In this document: piece after piece, positions 26,706-39,204 of the stretch | Numbering within the stretch: the first letter of the stretch is position 1 | Layout of the letters: each line of letters begins with the position of its first letter | The notes under the pieces: model-generated | What the model saw: the letters and a program-made list of their open reading frames with translations, nothing else | The model's database searches: none | What the model was told of the DNA's origin: nothing | Position numbers and translations under genes: made by a program | Source of the DNA: Welwitschia mirabilis | Lineage: Eukaryota | Reading direction: 5' to 3' | DNA: 46,169 nucleotides | Assembly: GCA_051453625.1 (NCBI GenBank) | Contig: JBOZIK010000001.1 | Location: forward strand, 702,444-748,612

Positions 26706-26805
26706 GGTTCTACATTGCTTTTACTCTTCAAGGTAGTAATGTTAGTAGTATTTATATTTTGAATTTTAACCAAAGTTTCTAAGGCTAAGAGATCCATATG
26801 ATTGG

Positions 26806-28116
26806 TGCTTAATGCTAAAATTGACATTCTAAGTAAATATAATTAATCAATTCAACATAAAGAAAAATATTAAATTCATTATCTTATCAAATATTAATGT
26901 TTTCCCCTTTTTATTACATTTTTATGAAATTATTAACTTTTCTTAATATTAGTAGGTTAATTGTTGCCTTCTAAAAACTTGTGCATAAATTGATCAAATC
27001 CTATTGCCAAATCTTGGATCCACTGGCCAAGAAGATTAATGTTGTTAGCCTTATAAACTAGGTTATTCTAAAGCTTAGCTTCCTCCATTATTTCTAGGAG
27101 TTCATCACTTTGCATTTATGGTCATAGTTGAATAATAAATTAGATTTAACCTTAAACCCTAGTTATAAATGGTAAAAGTATAAGATGACACATCGTAGTG
27201 ACAAATGAGGATGACTAAGTAAAAGATACAAGACATCACATCCATAGTAGCAGCATCATCAATTAGAAGATATGTCATCTTCCTCATACTTGAAGATAAA
27301 AGATTTTTTTTTTGTAGCTACATGTCAAAAATTATAACTTCCTCCTTATGTAACCACTCTTAAGTAACCCCCCTTATGTAATTGCCATCTAACATAACCA
27401 TAACTTAGACTTTAATCCTTCATCTATAAAAGGGCCTTGAGCATCCATTATAAACATCTTTTTATTGGCTTAATGTGGCAAATACTTGAAGGCTAGGAAG
27501 TCATTCTACTCTAATACATTTTTTTCGAGCAGAATGATTCAAGTCTCATTAAGAGTTTTTCTTCTTTACCTCCTTTAATTGATGTAATCTATATTCATTT
27601 TATTTTTAATAAAAGAATTGATTTAAATCCTTTCGTTGTTATTTCACAATTCATTTTGCATTAGCGATATTTAGGTAGAACCATTTTTAGAGTTAGTTTT
27701 AATTCGTTTATTTGTATTGCACATTCATTTGACATTATTAATATTTATATAGGACTAACTCTAAGTTGGTCTTATTCTTTTATTATTATTATTATATAAG
27801 TATTTAACATTCGTAATTTTAGGTGAAGCTTACTTAATTTTTAAGTTTAGGATACAAAAATCATTGGAGTAAAGGTGGAATGAAGGATTAATTACTAGAT
27901 CCTTAAAGCATATTCATTCCTTTATGTCATCAATTGAAGATCATTTTCATCCCAAACTTTTCTATTTTAGTTTGTTTTGATTTTCATTGCAAGTTAGAAT
28001 TTTCATGTTTCTTTTGTTTAAGTTATGACAAATATCCCTATGAAAGAATAATTCTAAGTATAAACTTAGATAAATCTAGATTACTATAAAGTTATAATTA
28101 GTTGGGTATATTAGCA
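26806..28116 (+). mobile_element. Solo LTR of the same Athila-like family
   Basis: TGCTTA...TTAGCA, 1311 bp. The start aligns with the B LTR start (ATGCxAAAATTxACATTCxAAGTAA). The CTATAAAAGGGCCTT block (~27424) and the ATATCCCTATGAAAGAAT block (~28032) are shared with the A and B LTRs. No PBS or PPT next to it, and the flanks ATTGG and GTGTC do not match. Confidence 0.8.
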
Positions 28117-28454
28117 GTGTCATAATCTATATTTAAAGGGACTAAATTAAACTATTCCTCATCTTTCCAACATATCCCTTCAACAATATCAGATTTGTTT
28201 TTAATCATTTATGCCTTTATCAATAGATCCAAGTTTCTTTATAGCTTAATATGACTTCTCATTAGTGTATCTAAATCTTCTAGGGAGGTATAAGGGTTGA
28301 TTTCTTCCCTAAAAAGTGGAAATTTCTTAGTACAAAACTATCTTATTCAAAAGTTTACTAATGAAAATTATTTTTTTAAATACTAAATATCAACTAGTAA
28401 ACTTTAAACTATCCTAGGTAGACTTTAAGATGGTCTAGATGACTTGCAGACTTA

Positions 28455-28471
28455 CCCTCCTTCTAGCACCA
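28455..28471 (-). promoter_or_regulatory. Primer-binding site complementary to the 3' end of plant tRNA-Asn
   Basis: Minus strand TGGTGCTAGAAGGAGGG is 16/17 identical to TGGCGCTAGAAGGAGGG (one CpG transition) and lies 2 nt from the LTR end. Confidence 0.85.
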
Positions 28472-28473
28472 AA

Positions 28474-29675
28474 TGACAGGTCATGGAACTAAAATTATTT
28501 ATGCAAATTTATACAATAAAAATATATAAAATCATGGAATAATTTGTGCTATTATAGCTTTAATCTCAAAAAAGTATCATAAATATATTTTGTTTAAGGG
28601 GATCCCTTAAAGAACCTAGTTCACTTTGAAGTATTAAGTTAATTTTTAGGTTTGTTGTCTTAGTCACTAAGAATGAGTTTCTTGTACAAACTCATTCTTC
28701 TACAAGACTTATCAAGACTATTTCTTAGAACAACAAAGTACTTTATTAGTTTAACTAATTAACTAAATACATAAAATACAATATTGAGGATCATGCAACA
28801 TAAGAATAGTAGTAAAATAATGCTAGATAGAACTTTTTTATAAGAATTATTATATTCTAATACCTATTCAGCAATAGATATAGGAGTAAGATAGGATAAA
28901 TTATTTCTTTTTCAAGCAATTCATTAGTTTTCAATACTTTTTAACATGTAAACAAAGTAAAACAACATTATACAAGATAAATTTTTAGTTTTGCAATATG
29001 TAAAAGATGCTAAAATAAAATTATAATGCAAACATATTCTCTTTAAAAATATAATGCTTATACTATGGTAAATAAATTGATTTCAAATAGTGTTTCCTTT
29101 GCAGATCATAGTTGACATAAAGAAGAGTACTCCAATGTTAATCCTAAGGCTTGCTACCATTCCTAAACATTATGTAAAGTGTGATAAAATATCCTCAAAA
29201 TAGTAGCTATAGGTTGTATTTATACTAATTATTAGATAGTTAAAGAGAGGACACTTGTACAAAAATGAATAATAACTTCCCCTCTATTAAGGAAGTACAT
29301 TATCACTTATTATGTAGGAATTTAATGAACTTTAAACATAGTTTTCCTCCATTTCTATATTTGCCTCCACTCTTCATGTAATAATTGCATGTAATGAATT
29401 TAGTTTTCTTCTTGCCATGTTGATCTCCACTAATCTTTTTTATGATCATTGTTATTATCCTCTAAGTATATATAAATCTACCAAAGGATAAGACTTATTA
29501 GTTCTAAAGTTATGCATTATAATTAAGATGATAACCTGAATTATAATTCCAGCATAATGCCTATTAGAAAAACATAATTGCTAATGTTTATGTTAGCTAA
29601 ATACTAATTACTATGTTTCTAACCTATAATTATGATTAAAAATATATTATTTTAAATGCAATTTTTGTCTTATCA
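28474..29675 (-). repeat. 5' LTR of element C (uninterrupted copy)
   Basis: Plus strand TGACAGG...CTTATCA forms an imperfect inverted terminus. Collinear with 3440-3633 joined to 10017-10956. Confidence 0.88.
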
Positions 29676-31766
29676 CTTGTTTCCATATAAATAATAGAAG
29701 ATATATCTTATGTAATATACTTCTATTTATTAACATGATTGTTTGAGTTACAGTGTATAAGGTGGAGTTACTTCATGTTGAATTTAAACCTTTTAAAGTT
29801 TTTCATGGGACTTGGTTGATCTGTGTTCTCCACTTCCATCTATTCTAAGCTTCTTAATTCATAGATTCATCTACTTTTCAATTAGTATGTAAAATACTTT
29901 TAAGCGTCAAGAGTTTGTAACTTGTTTCATAGAAGATATACCATAAACATCCTACTCTCATCAATGAAGATGAGAAAATAGTTTTATTCTTTAAAGAATG
30001 AAATTGCTAATGTTCCACATAAGTTACTATGAATTATTTTGAGTCATATGTCCACTCTTTTACTTTTGTTTTATAGGAATGATATATGGTGTATTTTTCT
30101 CCTCTGATAAGCTTCACAGACGAGCCTTTTAGTTTTAAGTTTTAGAATTTTATCACTTTCTTAGTGTAATTTTCTAAGAACTTTAAATTTTATGTGCTTT
30201 AACATTTAATGATAGAGCATTATTTTGTCTACTTTAATAGTTTAAAGATCTTTATAATGGTCTCTTTTACTTGTATAAGAAAAATTCAACCATCCTAAAT
30301 TTCTTTAATTGTTGTTCTTTCTTTTCTATGATGTAACATGATTTGTTCTCATTTTAACAAACATGACTTCATAATCATATTGAAGTAGAGATGCAACTAA
30401 TAATAAATTCTTCTTAAAGTTTGAAATATAAAGGGTGTTCTACAAGGTGAAAAAGGATACCTTCATAGTTCCTAACTGATTTACTTTTAGTTTTGTTTCA
30501 TTACTAATGTTACATCTTTTGTGATGCATTTTGGAGTTTTCATAATCTTCATGAAGTATTTCTTATTACTAATCATATAAGTTGATGTTGAAACTGATGA
30601 ATCATATTTTACCATTACTTATGAAAACTATGAATAATTATTTTTGAGGAATAATATCACTCCTTATGATTGTAGTTTTCCAGTTTTTTTATGCTTGTTC
30701 TCTTTATTATTCTCATTCTTAGTTTTCTTCTTATTCTTATTTTATGAATGATTTGTATCTTTAAAATAATGATTTTGCAAATGGTAGTCTATCTTCTTGT
30801 AAACTTTACAAGTCAATTTCTTGTTTCCTAGCTTCATATTTTATTTAAATGCATTAAGTATTATACTTGGTTTTCCTCCTTTAGTTTTAAATTTTGTTTA
30901 GATTGATGGGATTTCATTGTTAATTATTCAAATGAACATGGTTTATTATCATGTTTTAATCTTTTAAATATATAAACTTTAATTATGAGGCCTGTAGTAA
31001 GATGAATTTAATCATGTCCTTACCTACTATATTAACTTGTTCTTCAATTCATGCTTTTATTTTGATGATATTCTTCTTTATATGTGTGATATCCTTATGA
31101 TATCCAAGTTTGAGGTGAAGTGTTCAATATTCCATGACTACTTATGTGCTTTATTTTGTTTTTTTAATTCAAAGGTATTTTTCAAAAAGGTACAAAGATG
31201 TTCAGGTTATTTTATGCCACAAACTAAGGAATAAACGTCATTTTTAACACTCATCATTATGATGAATCTTATTAGGCATGCTTTATGATTTCATCTAGAT
31301 AACCTTTAAGTTTTTGTATAATTAGAATATATTTAATTTTCAACTTCTAGATGTTGTGTTTAAAATGTGTAACTTTCATTTGTTTCCCAAGATGCAATCT
31401 TAACATATTTTATATTAGATAGAAAATACATGCCCTCTCTATCTTTCAATTCTATGATAATATCTTGATACTAAATTTGTTTGTGAGTATTGAAATATTT
31501 TCTTCATCAATTATTTTATATTTTATACTACTATCAACTTCATAGCTTATTTCCATGTTGTATGCATGACTATGATCTAATACCATGTTTAGAGTTTTTA
31601 TGAAAATAAAACAAAGCATTGAAAATGTTAATGAAACATAAAATGAAAACTAGAATGCACAAAAATAAAAAATAAATGAAATACTTTTATTTTTAATAAA
31701 GTTTATAAATTGAATTAATTACAACTAGATTGCATACAATTAATGTGACTTAATGTATGTTAAACA
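29676..31766 (-). mobile_element. 5' part of a degenerate Ty1/Copia LTR retrotransposon (LTR, PBS, gag, protease, integrase N-terminal half)
   Basis: tRNA-iMet PBS TGGTATTAGATC (31574-31585, 10/12 to TGGTATCAGAGC) abuts the LTR end AACA at 31586. Motifs: TCKVYKKIDY (zinc knuckle), *FISF.STYM (WxIDSGxSxHM), FKKNLLLV, LYH*MLKH (LWHxRLGH), VCEAYQ, IIHSNLCG, YFLIFIDESR, IKKLRIDGSGE, IQHEVTPPYT. The outer LTR end at 31766 (TTAAACA) is tentative. Confidence 0.88.
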
Positions 31767-34700
31767 TGACATAAAAAGACTTGAGTCTTCATGAAACAAT
31801 TATGAATAATCATGATATTTTATTACAGCAATTTACTAATTGATTTATATAATTTATTATTAGTTAAGACTTGGGAGTTTATTTTGTTAAGATGAAAGAC
31901 ATTAGAAATGAAACATATCAATTAGAATGTGTTTCATACTTTTTATTTAATCTAATAAATTCTAGCTTTAAAGAGTAATCATCATGTTATCCTTTAAGGA
32001 TAATATTTCATAATTGCACAACTCCATTATGAGAAGAAAAGTTCAAAGTAAAGGTAGCATGAGTACTACTAGCCCTCATTTAGATGCTCTTGCTTCTTAT
32101 TTTATTTAATAAATTTTTTTAAAGTTCTTTAGGTTTAGTAAAAGATTTATTATTATGATGGAAAATATACCAAGTAAAAATTATAATTACATATGATTAA
32201 TATTTTCCCCATAGAATCTATGTTTAAGTGGATTAGTTATAGAGGGTAAGTAGTCATCTGATTTATTACTACCATCCAAAATAATGTTAACTTGTCAATC
32301 AACTTAAATTTTGAATATTTTATTATCATATTTGTTATAAATATTTATTTTTTTCTTATTTAATAATGGGTATTGATTGGTATCTACTACATGTCTTAGA
32401 TAATATTTGATTATTTAAATAGTTAAATGGCATATCATGAAAAATTTAGAAGTAGGATTTTAGAGCATTGTATTGTAAAGAATTTAGGAAACTATAAGTT
32501 AATAAATAATGCATCTTATTTATAAGGTTTATATGATAATTTAACATTATAAATATTCATTATCATGAAATGCATAATAACATTAGACTTCCTTCTTATT
32601 ATGTTAGTATAACCTAAAATTGTGAGTTTTTTCCCTTTTTTTAAACTATGATCTTAATGAGGTGTAGAGCTTTGCATCTAACATTTGTTGGGTGCACTTA
32701 TACCTACATGTCAAATCCAGCATGGGCTAGGCTAGAATACCCTTAGATTGTCTCATAACTTTGAGTTCATTCCATTCTACCATTTGTCCTAGAACTTCAA
32801 ATGAGTATAGGACACAACATTGAATGCACACAATAAGGTAATAGAACCCTTAAGGTGATCCATCTGATCCAACATGATGTGTCTCTAAGTTTCATTTATA
32901 GTTGGTTCTAGAAATGTTGGAGAAGAGTAGTTGATGTGGTTGCAAACAAACAAAGGCAAGCCTTAGAACAATGGTAATATGTCTTACAAACATAAACACA
33001 TTTTTTATGATAGGTATGTATCTTCAAGATAAGTGGTTTATTTTCATTCATATTGAACTTACCATAGAACCTGATTCTAGGTTTATCTCATGCACCTCAC
33101 CACACCCCATAACTTATGTTTTCTTTTTTACCCTCTTTTCTTTTCTTTTACTTTTTTTAATATTACACAAGATTCATGTTAAATTACTACTTTAATAGCT
33201 TAATATAGTTTATCCATATATGCATTGTCTATTTAATAAACAATCATTTCATAGTTGATTACAAATTATGTAACAATCGCATAATGCAAACTATAGAAGA
33301 AAATTTCCAGATATGAAATCAAGTTATGGCAAAAAATTATATAAGATTTTAGATTTTATTTATAAGCACCATGATAACTATGAAACAAATTTTAGATTTA
33401 TTTATTTATCAAATACAAAATGTATATGAATTTCAAGTAATACCTATGTGTAAAAGCCATATCTTATTTCAATATATATTGTTCCATTCAATTTAGTCAT
33501 CATACAAAAGATTTGTTTATATACGATGTGTGAGTTCATCACATCATTCATCATCATTCATATATAATCATGATCATCATACTAAAAATTTATAAAATAT
33601 GTATCTTTTAACTTAGACAATTCTATGATATTTATAATGTATATATGTGTGAATTAAAGATCATTATGATGACATTTTATTTGAATTTTTTCTAGATTTG
33701 TTTGTATATTTGTTATAGTAGTAACTTCATGTTAAGGCTATTATGCCTTACTTTTCAGTTTCTCAAAGCATGTCTATTGTTCAAGCCATAGTGTCTTGAT
33801 TTTCAACTTTTATTTTAATTGTAATGAAAACTTTTTGTTAAGGATCAAGATCCTCATGAGTGAATCATGAAAAGTATCTGTCTATAATATAATATCAATT
33901 AGATAATATACATGTAAAAAATGCAAGTGGTGTTCTTTTAGAAGAAATCTCTATGATGACACTTAGAAAAAAGAGATGAAATCATTGACAACATGAACTA
34001 AAAACAATGTCTATCATAAACACATACATAATCATCAAATATTAAATCCATCACATATAGGAATGATCCATTATCTAATATATATATATTATGTGTCTCT
34101 CCCTTAATCCCATTAAAGATGTATAAACAGGGCATATTATGTACTTATTAATACCTTTATATTACTTACTTTTTTATACATTTTATATCTATCTTAAAGA
34201 AATTGTAATGAATTTTCTTTTGGTTACACTAGAGCTCTTAAGGAATTGTATTGACTATACCCATAAAATAGGCTAAGGCATTAATATACTTATACCTTTT
34301 TTTCATATTTAAATAAAATTAGCATCTTCTTGTTTCATTCAAATATTGAAGTTTTCTTTTACTTATTAGTTTTTATTTTTACTTTCCAAAAACACAAAAC
34401 AAAATTCTTATATTAATGATTGTTTTATATTTTACTAATAATTATATCATAAGTAATAACATGCAAGTTAGTTATAGCATTTCCTTAAAAAGGTAAATGT
34501 TGCATTTATCAGCATTATCTATAAATGTCAAGCGTTGGATTTACCTAGAAATATTAAATCCATTTCCTTTCTCCTTACTTCATTCTTTAACTCCATGGAA
34601 AAGATAAAGGTATTAAGATAAGTCTTCAAAATAAGGCAAAATTCTAACAAATCTTAAAGATAATATTTATGATATTTTATTCTTTTTTATACTTTGTCAA

Positions 34701-36039
34701 ATTTCTCTTTTATTGTATTCTATGTAAATATTCGTTTTCATTTAAAAGTTTGTTTCTGATATTAGATCGCAACTTATGCATAATATATTATTTTTACAAA
34801 AGACGCTTAGTTGTATTCTAAATTTTTTTTTATCAATATTTTGGAAGTAGCACTTTCAAAAGAGGCTATAATAGAACAAAGGATATAAATATAAGGATAA
34901 ATCACAAGTTTCTTTTACTATTATTTGATTAAAATTTAAGTTTATAAAATTAAAAATCTATAAATGTTTTGAACAAAAATTTTTTCAAATGAAGCATTTT
35001 AATTTAATGATAATGTGAAAAGATAAATATTAATAGCCACATTACATAAATATAATGTCATTTAACATAACTTTTACTGAAACATAATTTTACTATAAAT
35101 ATTTCTACATTATAGATAATCTATATTTGAAGTTGTTTTTATTACCTAGTTCACATATTAAAATATTCTTAACAAAATTTTTATACTAAATATGTTTGAA
35201 AACCTAATTTAGCAGGGTATTTAGTTTTTAGTTAATATGAGTTACATGAGACTTTTATTTGAATAAAATATTGATAGTAATCTTAACTAATATGTTTATG
35301 TCACAAATAAAGAGAATTAACTAGTAATTTAGGAATGACAATAGAGATAGATGAGTTAATGTATTATACATATGTTTAAATCAAATCCATAAGATTTGAT
35401 TATGCTCATTAAGAAAAAAAAGAATCTATAAATCTTACATCAAAGCATGTAGGTTCTAGTTTAGTTTTAAAATCATTTATTTTAATCTTTTTTCTTTTCA
35501 TATGAAATTTATTCTTTTCTTTAAACCTCAATTTAGTTTCTGCCTTTAAAATTCAAAATTTAAGAGATCCTTTTAGGTTTTTCATGGAAATTCATAATTT
35601 GTAGCTTTAGATTTTTTTTTATTATAGTTATTCTTAGCATTATTTTAGTATTTTTCATTAGATTTATTTATCTTAAACACTAGCCTCTTATAAATCTTAG
35701 CACATGTTAATTAAGCTAACAATAATGCCCTATTACATCGATAGCACCATCTCTAGAAATTTCTGCTTTGGTAATGATGATGATGATTTTAACCAAAATG
35801 TTAAAAATATAATGCAAGAGAATAATATCAATAATTATAATGATGGTTTTTAATTTAATAGTTTTGAAATCTATAAGTTTATATCATTTTCTTATACATA
35901 AATTCATTTCTCCAAAAGAATTAATGATAAGTTATAAGGTCATAAAATATTTTTAAAACTGCATGAACAAAATTTTTTATAGCAAGATTGAAAATTGTTT
36001 GGTCAATTTTGCTTTTAGGTTCACAACGAGAACTTGTGA

Positions 36040-38060
36040 AGGAAATACATGTTTGAGATAAAGTAACTTTAATTTTTGATATCTTCCACTTTATTAATAA
36101 ACAAAAAAAACTAATTATGTAAATAAAATTGGATATGAAAAAAGCATGCCATAGACTAAATTAATATTTTCTTAAATTAGCAATTAAAAAAAAATTTACT
36201 AAATGATGATAAAAATTATTAAATCTTATTATGGCTCTTCATATGTTTTTATTCTATTATATGGTGAATTTTTTTAATATTTCAATCATCAAATTGATAT
36301 TCGATAAGATGATAGATTACCATTATGTATTATTCTTTTTGTTGTTAAAATTTTAGGAGTAATAATTGATAAGATTCAAAGAGATAACTCTTTTATGGGA
36401 ATTGAAGTTACAGAATATATTCCTAATTTAGCTTATGCTTAGAGTGTGAATGATAGTTTTATAGTTTGTCCAACAGAAACAGAGAGCTTTGAAAGTATTT
36501 GATATAGTTTAAAAATATATTGTAAAACTTTTATTTTAAATATTAATAATCAAAAGACATGCTTATACTTCTAATATGAATCAAATATAGGTTTCGAAAA
36601 TGCAAGAAGTTCTAAATTATGCAACTAATACCTTACTTAAAAAATATTTAGGTATTTGTCTTTTTATAAAAAGAGTAAAGAAAAAATTATGAAGCAATGT
36701 TTTCAATAAGATGGCAAAAATATTATAAGTATGAAGAGGTAACTCATTTTCTTATTAAGAAGAGATCAACTTATTTGAAGTTATCTTTAATCCTCACCAA
36801 TTTGTTTAAGATTTTATATTTAGACTCCAAAAGAAGTTGTTAAGCACATGAAAAAATTGGAATTTTTTTTTCTTATTGGGAAGTACTAATGANNNNNNNN
36901 NNNNNNNNNNNNNNNNNNNNNNNNNNNNNNNNNNNNNNNNNNNNNNNNNNNNNNNNNNNNNNNNNNNNNNNNNNNNNNNNNNNNNNNNNNNNNNNNNNNN
37001 NNNNNNNNNNNNNNNNNNNNNNNNNNNNNNNNNNNNNNNNNNNNNNNNNNNNNNNNNNNNNNNNNNNNNNNNNNNNNNNNNNNNNNNNNNNNNNNNNNNN
37101 NNNNNNNNNNNNNNNNNNNNNNNNNNNNNNNNNNNNNNNNNNNNNNNNNNNNNNNNNNNNNNNNNNNNNNNNNNNNNNNNNNNNNNNNNNNNNNNNNNNN
37201 NNNNNNNNNNNNNNNNNNNNNNNNNNNNNNNNNNNNNNNNNNNNNNNNNNNNNNNNNNNNNNNNNNNNNNNNNNNNNNNNNNNNNNNNNNNNNNNNNNNN
37301 NNNNNNNNNNNNNNNNNNNNNNNNNNNNNNNNNNNNNNNNNNNNNNNNNNNNNNNNNNNNNNNNNNNNNNNNNNNNNNNNNNNNNNNNNNNNNNNNNNNN
37401 NNNNNNNNNNNNNNNNNNNNNNNNNNNNNNNNNNNNNNNNNNNNNNNNNNNNNNNNNNNNNNNNNNNNNNNNNNNNNNNNNNNNNNNNNNNNNNNNNNNN
37501 NNNNNNNNNNNNNNNNNNNNNNNNNNNNNNNNNNNNNNNNNNNNTGTAAAATGGATTAAGTATCAAGGATAAATATTTAAATCATTTTAAAAATTTCTTT
37601 GAGAATACACATATTATTAGAGGAAGCTTCACAATTTAGAATGGTTTGTTAAAATTAAAAGACTAGTTAAAAAATTATATGCATTTAGATACTCATGAAA
37701 ATTAAAAATAGTAAAACAAAAAAGTTTAAAATATATAGAAGATTATAACATTTGTTAAAGTTATCCTCTAAATAGAGAATAAAGTAGATGAAACAAACTT
37801 AGAATTGATTCAAAGGTACAACTCCTCTTTGTTTTGATTTAGAATTATTAGATGAATTAGACCTTTTAGAAGATATTTAAAAATGTTGTTGGCTATTATG
37901 AATCACTACTACTACAAAAATAAAGAATTCTCTAAACATTATTTTCTTCATTGTACATGGACAATAAAAATTGGGAATTTTTTTTCAATGATATTGTAGT
38001 AAACGATTCTTTTAAATGAGGTTAAAAACTCAGCTCAATAATAAAATTATGCTATAAGTG
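36040..38060 (+). mobile_element. 5'-truncated degenerate L1-type LINE (ORF2 RT to C-terminal zinc finger)
   Basis: IKLDMKKACHRLN*YFL (KLDxxKAYDR), DIR*DDRL (GxRQGDPL), AYA*SVND (YADD region), LKIYCKTF.LNINNQKT, KYLGICL, and KEFSKHYFLHC (zf-RVT-like, ~37925). Spans a 652-N gap. Confidence 0.85.
36893..37544. other. Assembly gap (652 N)
   Basis: Run of N. Other gaps are 17683-17692, 18948-18988, 38099-39090, 39963-39972 and 41088-41097. Confidence 0.99.
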
Positions 38061-38062
38061 AT

Positions 38063-38067
<5 letters not shown>

Positions 38068-38098
<31 letters not shown>

Positions 38099-39090
38099 NN
38101 NNNNNNNNNNNNNNNNNNNNNNNNNNNNNNNNNNNNNNNNNNNNNNNNNNNNNNNNNNNNNNNNNNNNNNNNNNNNNNNNNNNNNNNNNNNNNNNNNNNN
38201 NNNNNNNNNNNNNNNNNNNNNNNNNNNNNNNNNNNNNNNNNNNNNNNNNNNNNNNNNNNNNNNNNNNNNNNNNNNNNNNNNNNNNNNNNNNNNNNNNNNN
38301 NNNNNNNNNNNNNNNNNNNNNNNNNNNNNNNNNNNNNNNNNNNNNNNNNNNNNNNNNNNNNNNNNNNNNNNNNNNNNNNNNNNNNNNNNNNNNNNNNNNN
38401 NNNNNNNNNNNNNNNNNNNNNNNNNNNNNNNNNNNNNNNNNNNNNNNNNNNNNNNNNNNNNNNNNNNNNNNNNNNNNNNNNNNNNNNNNNNNNNNNNNNN
38501 NNNNNNNNNNNNNNNNNNNNNNNNNNNNNNNNNNNNNNNNNNNNNNNNNNNNNNNNNNNNNNNNNNNNNNNNNNNNNNNNNNNNNNNNNNNNNNNNNNNN
38601 NNNNNNNNNNNNNNNNNNNNNNNNNNNNNNNNNNNNNNNNNNNNNNNNNNNNNNNNNNNNNNNNNNNNNNNNNNNNNNNNNNNNNNNNNNNNNNNNNNNN
38701 NNNNNNNNNNNNNNNNNNNNNNNNNNNNNNNNNNNNNNNNNNNNNNNNNNNNNNNNNNNNNNNNNNNNNNNNNNNNNNNNNNNNNNNNNNNNNNNNNNNN
38801 NNNNNNNNNNNNNNNNNNNNNNNNNNNNNNNNNNNNNNNNNNNNNNNNNNNNNNNNNNNNNNNNNNNNNNNNNNNNNNNNNNNNNNNNNNNNNNNNNNNN
38901 NNNNNNNNNNNNNNNNNNNNNNNNNNNNNNNNNNNNNNNNNNNNNNNNNNNNNNNNNNNNNNNNNNNNNNNNNNNNNNNNNNNNNNNNNNNNNNNNNNNN
39001 NNNNNNNNNNNNNNNNNNNNNNNNNNNNNNNNNNNNNNNNNNNNNNNNNNNNNNNNNNNNNNNNNNNNNNNNNNNNNNNNNNNNNNNNNN

Positions 39091-39133
<43 letters not shown>

Positions 39134-39204
39134 ACTCACTCACTCACACACACACACACACACTCACACACACACACACACACTCACTCACTCACTCACT
39201 CACT
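38068..39204. repeat. Compound microsatellite (CT)n-gap-(CT)n(CACT)n(CA)n(CACT)n
   Basis: Directly visible, flanking a 992-N gap (38099-39090). Confidence 0.97.

Larger units (their letters stand above)
3440..29675 (-). mobile_element. Element C: degenerate Tat-clade (Retand/Ogre-like) Ty3/Gypsy LTR retrotransposon hosting nested insertions
   Basis: LTR pair 28474-29675 and 3440-3633 + 10017-10956 (split by A), both reading TGACAGG...TTA(T/G)CA. tRNA-Asn PBS at 28455-28471. A Tat-type gag zinc knuckle and an integrase C-terminus lie in the right order and strand. Flanks ATTAT and CTTGT match 3/5, and Copia integrase coding continues across the two outer junctions. Confidence 0.75.

Noticed and set aside
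28455..28471. Possible tRNA-Asn gene
   Set aside because: Only the 3'-terminal 17 nt including CCA are present, next to an LTR and with no cloverleaf, so this is a PBS.
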